Positions 55,209-64,000 of a stretch of DNA of 64,000 bases are shown piece by piece (position 1 is the first letter of the stretch; each line of letters begins with the position of its first letter). The stretch is from an uncultured Alphaproteobacteria bacterium (lineage in GTDB: Bacteria; Pseudomonadota; Alphaproteobacteria; Rhizobiales; Methyloligellaceae): positions 72,750-136,749 of the forward strand of contig CAWANV010000009.1 of the NCBI GenBank assembly GCA_963783455.1, read 5' to 3'. Made by a program: the position numbers and the translations under genes. Under the pieces are notes generated by a model, which saw only the letters and a program-made list of their open reading frames with translations, was not told where the DNA came from and ran no database searches.

Positions 55209-56205
55209 CTAGCGGTATTCGATGAAGGCCTCCTGACGGAGATCGCGCAACAGGCGCTCGGCCCGAAGCGACATTTCCTGGTTCATCAATTTGCGCTGCG
55301 TCTCCGCGCGGGCATCGTCGTCGCCCCTGAACGAGCGCTTGCCGCAGACCGCGTACAGCTCGACGGCAGCCGCCGAGATGGTGGGGGGCGTCATTTGCCC
55401 GATCTTCGCGTTCATCACGAGAAGCCGCGCCGGCTGTGCCAGAGACGCCGGCTTCTGGTCCTGGAGCGTCTTCACGCTTGCGCCGTTCACGCCCTTGGCG
55501 AGTTCGGCGCAGGACCCAAATCGGCCGCGCAGATCCTCGGCTGCCGCAAGCCTTGCAGCGATGGTCCTCTGATCGGCGCCCGCGGGGATTTCGAACTTCA
55601 CCTGCCGGAGCTGCAAGGCGGTCTCCGCCGGGCCTCCGCCGCCGCCTTCCTCGCCGGCATCGGACATGGCCTGGGTGACATCGGCGTCGCCGATCTGCAC
55701 GTCGCGGCGGAACTTGCGCCGCACCGCCTCCTGCCAAACGATTTGCGCCCTGATGCGGTCCTTGAGCGTCTTGATGTTGACGCCGGCTTGGCCGAGCGCG
55801 GTGGCGAGGCCATCGACGCTAAGATTGTTCTTCTGCGCCATGTCTTCGAGGATCTTCGTTACATCGTCCTCGTCGGGGGTCACGCCGAGCTTCCGGCCCT
55901 CCTGCAGTTGCAGCCGCTCATCGATCAGCATATCGGTCGCCTGCTTCTTCAAAGCGGGCGAGGGCTGCTGCTGCGTGGTGATGGCGAGGAAGCGCTCGCG
56001 CTGGTCGATGTCATAATCGGAGATCGGGTTGTCGTTGACGAGAACCTTGATCGAGACCTCCTGCGCCGCTCCGGGAGCGCGCGCCGCCGATCAGAGAGAC
56101 CGCGAGCAGGAGCGCTCCGACCAGGCCGCCCCAGCAACGCAAGGCAGTGCCGGCAACGGTCCTCACCGATGCGACGTCCTTCAAGCGCTGGCCGTAATCA
56201 GGCAT
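55209..56205 (-). CDS. surA: SurA N-terminal-domain chaperone / peptidylprolyl isomerase (apparent frameshifts)
   Basis: VLVNDNPISDYDIDQR, LIDERLQLQE and LRDLRQEAFIEYR; position between lptD and pdxA. Confidence 0.85.
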
Positions 56206-56219
56206 GGACCTTCGCCGCC

Positions 56220-58591
56220 CTAGTCGTTGGTGTCGGACCCGCTGGCGCCGAACACACCGTTGGCCTCCGTCGATAAGGAGTAGGTGCCGAGATATTTCAG
56301 GTTGAAGTTCACGAGGAAGCGCTCGTCCGGCTCGATGTCTTGGTCGCGGATGAAGGAGCGCTGATAGGTCACGTCGAGCATGAAACAGTCGTCCTGATAG
56401 CGCAGGCCCAAGCCGTCAGTGATGGTCTGCTCGGTCGCGATGTCGTAGCGGAGGTTGCCGAGCAGCGACCAATCCTGGGTGATCGCCAAAACGCCAGCCG
56501 TCACGATTTCCTCCCGTGCCTCGCCCTCCGCGAGCCCGGGCTCGCCGGTGACGTCGGCATAGTTCACTTTGACTTGCGCCGGCCCGTATCGCGCCCATGA
56601 GCCGAGATCGGTGCGCCTGATGTCGAAGGTTTCCTGATCGAAGCGCGATTGCGCCGAGAAGCCGAGATTCGTGGTGGCTTGGATGTAGAGGCCGCCCACA
56701 TAGTCGGACGCGTCGGTGGCGAGGCCGCTCGACCTGTAGAACGCGGTATCGAACTCGTTCTCGCCGGCGAGTTGATAGCTTTCGCCGAACACGGCGCGGC
56801 CATAGGCGCCGGAAGCGAGCTGGGCCGTGTAGCGCACGCCCACATTCGCGCGCGTGCCGGTCTCGATGCGGTCGTAGCCGGAGAACTTGTCGATATCGAA
56901 TAGAAGCGTGTCGTCAAACACGAGGCTCAGAGCGTCCTCGTTCGGGATCTCTTGCTGATCGCCCACCGAGTTCAGGCCTGGCGATGATCTGGCCGATAGG
57001 CTCGACCACGTGGGTGATGCTGCCGGTGCTGGCGATGAAGGGATAGCGATATTCGATGCCGGCGATGGCATTGCCGCGCAGAATGGCGCCATTGTCCCCC
57101 TTCACTTCGGTGGCGAATTCCTCCGAGCCATTCAGCCCATTATCGAACCCGTCGACCCCGTAAACGTCGCCGCGCAAGCTGCGCAAAGGGCGTGTAGACC
57201 TGACCGATGCCGTCGATCATCTGGCGCCGCCAATTGGCTTCCACGATCAGGCGATTGGAATCCATCGCCCTCCTGATTGTGAGAACACCATCGCGTTGGA
57301 GTTGAAGCTGAGCTCGCCGCCGATGATCGGCTTGTTGACGATGTAGTCGTAGTCGATGATCGGGAAGACCGTGGCATCGGAAAACGGCTCGTCGGTGAAC
57401 AGCAGGCTCTGGGTGTTGTAGAACCTCGTGGAGAAATAGTTACGGTCGTGCAGGCCCTCGAGATAGATCTGCGAGATGCGGTCGGTCTTGAGCCGGCTGT
57501 CGAGGTTGTAGAAGCGCCGGAAGGTTTCGTCGGTCTCGGCGAGAATGTCCCAGCCCCAGCTGTAGTAAGGATCGAGCGCGAACTTGCCCTCGGTCTTGAT
57601 GCTGCCGCGGAAATCGCCGTCGGTGGGACTTTCGAAGGTGCCCTCGTCCCACACGCCGGCGAGCTGGACGCGATAGCCGCCGCTCGCCAAGCGCTGCCGC
57701 CAATCGCCCAGGAGCAGAGTCCCCGCCTTCTCCGTGAACATCGGCGCGAAGGTGAAGTCGTAATGATCCGAGAGCGCGAAATAGTAGGGGACCTGGACCG
57801 TGGTGCCGAGCTGGTTGGAATGGCTGTAGCTCGGCATGAGGAAGCCGGACTTCCGCTTCACGGTCGGGTCGGCCATCTGGAAATAGGGCACCCAAACCAG
57901 CGGCACGCCCAAGAAGTCGAAGAACGCATTCTTGTAGGTGATGGTGGCCTGGTCGCGCTTGTGGGTGATCTTGCCGGCGCGAATGCGCCAGGTGGGCGGC
58001 TTGCTCGGGTTCTCCTCGCAGACTTTGCAAGGCGTGAACCATCCGTTCTCGAACACGGTGACGTTGCCGGCCTGGCGCGACGCCGAGGACGCGACGATGC
58101 GCGTGTCGTCCTTGGTGACGAGCTTAAGCGCGTCGATGAAGCCGTCGCGGAAATCGTCGGTGAGGGTGATGTGGTCGGCGGTGATCACCGCGCCGTCAGG
58201 ATCCTTGATGCGGACATTGCCCTCGGCCGCGAGCGTGTTCGAGCCGCGATCGTAGACGACCCGGTCGGCGAGAAGCGTGTAGTTGCCGTAGTAGAGCTCG
58301 ACGTTGCCCTTGGCGGTGATCTTGGAGTTCTCGTTGTCGTAGATCATCTCGTCGGCTTGCAGCAGCATCGGCTCCGACGAGTCGACTTTCGGCGGCTGGA
58401 TGATCTGCTCGAGCGCTGGTCTGCGCCTGCCCGAAGGCCGGTTGCCAAGGGGCGAGGGCGACCGCAAAAGCGGCGAGAACGCAGGCGAAAAGGGGCACGC
58501 GCAGGCGTCCAAGCGCCCTGCCTTTAGACGCAGCAAGGCCGGGCGGAGCCCGGCGCATCCCGATCAGTCTTGTGCGCGCGCCCGCCATCAT
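56220..58591 (-). CDS. lptD: LPS-assembly protein LptD (apparent frameshifts)
   Basis: LLQADEMIYD, FTPCKVC, KRKSGFL, NEDA, DKFSGYDRIE and YQDDCF motifs. Confidence 0.93.
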
Positions 58592-59705
58592 CCGTCCTCT
58601 TTGTACAAGAGCACGGTGAGCGCGAGCGAAGCCGCGATGATCACCGGCACCCAGGCCGCCGCGACCGCGGAGGTCAGTCCGGCCATGGCGAAGTTGCGCG
58701 ACATCTCGGAAAACACGAAGAAGATAAAGCCCGCCGCGAGCCCGAACACGGCGTTGATCTGCACGTTGCCGAAGCGGAATCCCCTGAGCGAACAGGTGGC
58801 GGCGATGAGCACCATGGTCACGAGCAGGAACGGCCGCGACAAGAGAAGCTGGTACTGCACGCGGTATTGGGTGGCGGGAAGGCCCGCCTTCTCGGCGATC
58901 TGGATGAAGTTCGGCAGATCCCAGAACGAGATCGAGAACACCGTGCCGAGGCTGTCGCGGACCTGGGTCGGCGTGAGATAGGTGCTGAGCAGATAGCGCT
59001 TGTAGAGCGCGGGCTCTTGGCCCACGGCGCTCACCCAGGCGTCGTCGAGTTCCCAGCGGCCGTCCTTGAGCACGGCCCTCTTGGCCTCGATCCGCTCGGT
59101 CAAGCCATGATCGCGGTCGTATTGAAACACCGTGACGCCGTTAAGCTCGAGCCCCTGATTGAGCACCTCGGCGGCATGGATGACGGATGGACCGTCGGTG
59201 CCGTCCTCACGCAGCCAGGCGCCTGCGCCCTTGGTCTTGAGCAGGATTCGCCGCGCCCGAACGCGTTGGCATAAAGCCGCTCGGCCTCGCCGCGGGCGAC
59301 CGCCGCAATCGGATTGTAGAGCAGCACAAAGCCGACCCCGAGCAGGAAGGCGACAATCATCGCAGGGAGAGTGAATTGCCACACCGAAATGCCGGCAGCG
59401 CGCAGCACGACGAGCTCGGAGGAGCGGCTCAGCATCAGGAAGATGCCGATGGTCCCGATCAGCACGGCGAAGGGGAGGACGAGCTCGGAGAAGGACGGCA
59501 GACGCAGCAGCGTCATCCAGGCAAGGAGGAGGCCCGGAACGTCTCCCGAGTAGTTGCCGGCGCGGCGGAGCATCTCGATGAAATCGACGAAGAAGATGAG
59601 GACGCAACAGAGCAGGAACATCGCCAGCATGGCGAGCAAGAAACGCAGCGAGAAATAGCGCGCAAGCGTCCCCACTGCACTGATGCCTGGCATCTGCGCT
59701 CTCAC
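58588..59705 (-). CDS. lptG: LPS export ABC transporter permease LptG (apparent frameshift near 59250)
   Basis: LSRSSELVVLRAAGISVWQF, ISFWDL and LLYKEDG motifs. Confidence 0.92.
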
Positions 59706-60883
59706 GTCGCTTGCATCCCTCTACCGGCCCAAAACATTATCTTTTTTGGCTGGAACTTGAGCTCGAAGCTCAGTCTGGACCGCAGTTCAGGGGCCATTTT
59801 AACGTGCGCCGCCCAGGCCGCAACGAGAATCGCCCCCAGCGGAACAGCATACACAAGCGCCACAGCCCACGCATTGAGCGCCACCAGGTTGCCGGCCATG
59901 AGCCCTGCAACCCGCAAGCCTAAGGCGATGCCGAAGGCCAAGAGAATCTGGGCCCAACGGCTCTCCCGCGTGGTGCGGGCGTGGCCAAGGAGGGCAATGG
60001 CGACAAAGGCGAAGACAAGGGGATAAAGCGGCGTGGCGAGGCGATCATGCAGTTCCGATCGGATCTGACCGTAATTGCGTTTGGTCGCCTTGTCGTTCAT
60101 GTCGGGGCTGATGAGGTCGCTGATGTATTTCTCGCGAGGCCGAAGGTCTTTTCCGATGTTATCCTTGGGACTGAACTCAGAAATATCGAGCATGTTCTGA
60201 TCGAATGCTACGATCTGTACGTTTTTGTCTGCTTCCTGGCCATCGTAGCGATGCACGTAGCCCTCGAACATCACGAGATAGGAGCCCTCGTCGTTGGTGA
60301 TGATGCGGCCGCGCTCGGCGAGGTAGCTCATCACCTGCTTGTTGTCGCGCTCGTCGTGGACGAGGAGGCCGAGCAGATCGCCGTTCAAGCTGCGGTCGCG
60401 GATGTGGAAGGTGAGCCCGGCTTCTGGGCTGGAAAAGCGGCCTGGTTGAATGACTTGCGAGATCAGGTCGGCCCTTACCTGGGTGACGAAGCTGCGCAGA
60501 GCCCGCATGCTTGCGGGCGTCAGGAAGAGGTTGGCGAGAAGAATGGCGATCGAGACGAGGGAGGCGAGCGCGAGAAGAGGGGCGCCGATACGCCAGACCG
60601 GCGCTCCCGAAGCCGTCATCACGATCAGCTCGCTGTCGCCGTTCATTCGGTCGAGCGTGTAGAGCGCGGCCATCAGCATGGCATTGGGGGCGATGAGCGC
60701 CATCAGGCTCGGCAGGCTGAGCATAGTCATCTGAAAGAACAGCACGATTCCCTGACCCTGCGAGGTGATCAGGTTCAATTCTTTCAAGGCTGTAGCCAGC
60801 CAGACGACGATCGTCAGCGTCAGCAGGATGACGAGGAATGCATTCGTCACCTGCCGAAACATGTATCGGCCGAAGAGCATCAT
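59702..60883 (-). CDS. lptF: LPS export ABC transporter permease LptF
   Basis: FGRYMFRQ, DSELIVMTASG, PGRF and ELHDRLATPL motifs; start at MMLFGRY. Confidence 0.92.
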   Translation of the reverse strand: MMLFGRYMFRQVTNAFLVILLTLTIVVWLATALKELNLITSQGQGIVLFFQMTMLSLPSLMALIAPNAMLMAALYTLDRMNGDSELIVMTASGAPVWRIGAPLLALASLVSIAILLANLFLTPASMRALRSFVTQVRADLISQVIQPGRFSSPEAGLTFHIRDRSLNGDLLGLLVHDERDNKQVMSYLAERGRIITNDEGSYLVMFEGYVHRYDGQEADKNVQIVAFDQNMLDISEFSPKDNIGKDLRPREKYISDLISPDMNDKATKRNYGQIRSELHDRLATPLYPLVFAFVAIALLGHARTTRESRWAQILLAFGIALGLRVAGLMAGNLVALNAWAVALVYAVPLGAILVAAWAAHVKMAPELRSRLSFELKFQPKKIMFWAGRGMQAT

Positions 60884-61150
60884 GGCCGTTGTGCAAATCC
60901 CCCGAATGGCCCCCTTGGCGATGCTCGCCTGAAGCGTCGCCAACCCCCTGGTGGCAAAGATGATTCCCATCAGGCTAAGATGGCGGAATTTCGGCGTTTT
61001 TGGAATGGCTTGCTTTCCCCCAAGACAGGATTTACCTAGGTCCGCTGTTATTTCCTGCCGCTGTTGCAAGACTGCACCAGTCAGCGCTTTCGGCTCGCGC
61101 CGGGCGCGCTGTCCCGATTGATTGCCCGAAGCCCTACGGCAGAGGCAGCG

Positions 61151-62691
61151 ATGGAGTTCGTTGTGAGCGATCAGACCGCCTTGTCCTTTGCCAGCAAGAC
61201 CGCACCGGCCGACGGCGTGGTCGTGGTTTTCGCCGAAGAGGGGCCGAAGCTTACGCCAACGGCCCAAGACCTCGACAAGAAGTCGAAGGGTTTGCTGTCG
61301 AGAGCGGCCGAGATCACTGGGTTCAAGGGCAAGAAGGAGCAGACGGTCGATCTCCTCGCGCCGCAGGGGCTCAAATTCGCGCGGCTCGTGCTCGTGGGCC
61401 TGGACAAGGCAAGCGCCTACAGCCCGGAGGACTGGCTCAATCTCGGCGGCGCGGTGAGGGGCATGCTCAGCGGCAAGGAGGCGCCGGCCGCGCACATCTT
61501 CCTGGAAACGGCCGGGGGTGACTGTGGCGCCCGCCGATATTGCGAGCTTCGCCCTTGGGGCGCTGCTCCGCGGCTACAAGTTCAAAAAGTACAAGACCAA
61601 GACGCGCAAGAAAAACGATGCCGCCGCCGAAGCCAACGACAGGACGCTGAAGAAGATCGTCATTCATTGCGCCGATCCTAAAGCTGCGGGTCAGGCGTTT
61701 GCGCCGGCGCGTGCCATGGCCGAGGGCGTCACGCTTGCCCGCGATCTGGTCAACGAGCCCGCCAACGTGCTCGGGCCGGCCGAGTTCGCCGCGCGTGCCA
61801 AAGGAGCTCAGCAAGCTCGGCGTGCAGGTGGAGGTGCTCGGACCGAAGGCCTTGCAGAAGCTCGGCATGAACGCGTTGCTCGCCGTGGGGCAGGGCAGCG
61901 CGCGGCCAAGTCACGTGGCGGTCATGCAATGGAAAGGCGCTGGCACGCGAGGCGGCGAGCCCATCGTCATTGTCGGCAAGGGCGTCACCTTCGATACCGG
62001 CGGCATTTCGTTGAAGCCGGCGGCCGGCATGGAGGAGATGAAAGGCGACATGGCGGGAGCGGCTTGCGTCGTCGGCCTCATGCACGAGCTCGCCGCGCGC
62101 AAGGCGAAGGTGAACGCGGTCGGCATCATCGGTCTGGTCGAGAATATGCCGAGCGGGAGCGCACAGCGTCCCGGCGACGTCGTGACCGCGATGTCGGGAC
62201 AGACCATCGAGGTGCTCAACACCGACGCCGAGGGCCGCATGGTTCTCGCCGATTGTCTGTGGTACGCGCAAAGCCGCTTCAAGCCGAAGGCGGTGATCAA
62301 CCTTGCGACCTTGACGGGGGCCGTCATGGTGGCGCTTGGGAAGGAGCATGCGGGTCTGTTCAGCAACAACGATGAGCTCGCGAACCAACTGATCGCGGCG
62401 GGCAGCGTCACGGGAGAGAAACTGTGGCGGCTGCCGCTCGGGCCGAAATACGACAAGATGATCAACTCGAAGATCGCCGACATGAAGAACACGGGAGGGA
62501 AGTGGGGCGGGTCGATCTCCGCCGCGCAGTTCCTCCAGCGCTTCATCAAGGAGGAGACTCCCTGGGCGCATCTCGACATCGCCGGCACCGCCATGTCGTC
62601 GGTCGACAGCGAGATCAATCGGAGCTGGGGATCGGGGTTCGGCGTGAGACTGCTCGACCGGCTGATCGCCGACCATTACGAGCGCCGTTAG
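61151..62691 (+). CDS. pepA: Leucyl aminopeptidase (apparent frameshifts)
   Basis: [35 protein letters not shown] and HLDIAGT motifs. Confidence 0.96.
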
Positions 62692-62726
62692 GCGCGCATC
62701 GCCGGTGCGGAACGCGGGTCAGATAA

Positions 62727-62754
62727 ATTTTCCATAATATACCTTATGCGAATC
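62727..62754 (-). other. Probable XerCD dif site (chromosome dimer resolution)
   Basis: Minus strand GATTCGCATAA-GGTATT-ATATGGAAAAT, an 11-6-11 layout resembling E. coli GGTGCGCATAA-TGTATA-TTATGTTAAAT; AT-rich islet in a GC-rich intergenic region. Confidence 0.72.
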
Positions 62755-62860
62755 GGGGATATGAGGCAGAAAATGGCTTGGTCCCGCTATCCCTTTGACA
62801 ATACGCATCAATTCTATCCGGCCCTGCGCGCGGCGATGGGCCGGCATTCTGCCGCGCGCG

Positions 62861-63695
62861 ATGCCTGACGAGACGGCCAGGCGCTACACGGTCGACGATT
62901 TGCTCTCGGTGATGGCGCGCCTGCGCGACAAGGAGACGGGCTGTCCCTGGGACGTCGAGCAGAGCTTCGCCACCATCGCCCCCTACACCATCGAGGAGGC
63001 TTACGAGGTCGCCGATGCGATCGCGCGCGATGATCTCGACGCGCTCAAGGAGGAGCTCGGCGATCTTCTGCTGCAGGTGGTCTATCACGCGCAGATGGCG
63101 TCCGAGGAGGAGCGCTTCGATTTTGCCGATGTGGTCGACGCGATCACGCGCAAGATGATCCGCCGGCACCCGCACGTGTTCGCCGATGCGAGTCGGGATG
63201 AGTTTCTGACGGGAGACATGTGGCAGCGCATCAAGAACGAGGAGAAGGCCGAGCGCGGCGCGGCGGCCGAGGGCTCAAGGCTCGATGACGTGCCGCTTGC
63301 GCTCCCTGCTCTGACGCGCGCCGTCAAACTTCAGAAGCGCGCCGCCGAGGTCGGCTTCGACTGGCCGAGCCTCGCGCCGGTTCTCGCCAAGGCAGAAGAG
63401 GAGATCGCCGAGCTGAAGACGGCGATCGCCGAAGAGCGATGGCGAAGCAAGGGACAGTCACGCGAAGCGTGTCGCCGAGGAGTTCGGCGATCTCCTCTTC
63501 GTCATGGCGAATATCGCGCGGCATCTCAAGGTCGATCCGGAAGCGGCGTTGCGCGGCGCCAACGCCAAGTTCGTGCGGCGCTTCAAAAGCATCGAGGACG
63601 CGCTCGCCAAGGAAGGCCGCAAGCCCGAGGATGCGACGCTCGAGGAGATGGACGAGCTGTGGGACGAGGCGAAGGCTGCCGAGACGAAATCCTAG
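62861..63695 (+). CDS. mazG: Nucleoside triphosphate pyrophosphohydrolase MazG (apparent frameshift near 63440)
   Basis: LRDKETGCPWD, EEAYEV, EELGDLLLQV, RRHPHVF, GFDW and ANAKFVRRF motifs. Confidence 0.95.
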
Positions 63696-63707
63696 GGAGC
63701 CCTCTGC

Positions 63708-64000
63708 TCACGCCGCGGCTCGGATCGGTCGGGCGCGTTTGATCCGCTCGCGTTCGCGGGGCGAGTTCATCGCCTCCCAAAGGTCGGTGCGCCGCTGCAC
63801 GTTTAGCCAGAACTCGGGACTGTTGCCGAAGACGCGCGCCAGGATGAGCGCGGTCGGCGCGGTCACGTTCCGGCGGTCGTTGCACAGCTCGTTGACATGC
63901 TTGCGTTGCACCCCCATGGCCTTGGCCAGGGCACCCTGGGTCAGGCCCATCGGCTGCATGAACTCCTGCATTAGGACTTCGCCGACGGTCGCAGGCTTGC
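63708..64000 (-). CDS. higA: HigA family addiction-module antitoxin (start beyond window end)
   Basis: KPATVGEVLMQEFMQPMGLTQGALAKAMGVQRKHVNELC...TALILARVFGNSPEFWLNVQ is a HigA/VapI HTH signature. Confidence 0.88.
   Translation of the reverse strand, partial: KPATVGEVLMQEFMQPMGLTQGALAKAMGVQRKHVNELCNDRRNVTAPTALILARVFGNSPEFWLNVQRRTDLWEAMNSPRERERIKRARPIRAAA

Noticed and set aside
60884-61495. 200-aa N-terminal extension of LptF
   Set aside because: Overlaps the divergent pepA and its promoter; LptF homology begins at MMLFGRY (60883).

Overview
GC-rich alphaproteobacterial chromosome segment. Gene content and order point to Hyphomicrobiales, possibly a Methyloceanibacter/Hyphomicrobium-like organism (inference). 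Most of the window is conserved housekeeping synteny: dprA-plsY-pyrC-pyrB, ruvX, gatCAB, qor, tRNA-Ser(GCT), rlpA-dac-tmk-holB-metG-tatD-phnP-like, SDR-purF-cvpA-radA-alr-dnaB-cfa-rplI-rpsR-rpsF, fabD-fabG-acpP-fabF-mltG-yicC-gmk, rsmA-pdxA-surA-lptDGF, pepA, mazG and higA. Many essential genes are broken by single-base indels, almost certainly uncorrected long-read errors, so they are listed as CDS with merged coordinates. The most notable content is: (i) a three-gene operon at 19.9-25.1 kb encoding a Slam/type XI secretion-like TPR beta-barrel, a 977-aa protein joining a FecR domain to a TbpB-like C-terminal barrel, and a short paralogous FecR protein, with no ECF sigma or TonB receptor nearby; (ii) a putative FNR/FixK-controlled low-oxygen stress set (Hsp20-Lon paralog, an uncharacterised RYLWTDAF protein, an Rv2004c-like kinase), with a triplicated 15-bp FNR-box-like unit upstream of hsp20; (iii) a probable XerCD dif site at 62727-62754, which would place the replication terminus here; (iv) a 6-Cys secreted micro-protein next to a DUF5993-DsbB pair; (v) two families of palindromic REP-like elements, one supplying the C-terminus and stop codon of an SDR gene. 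No CRISPR array, integrase or transposase was seen.
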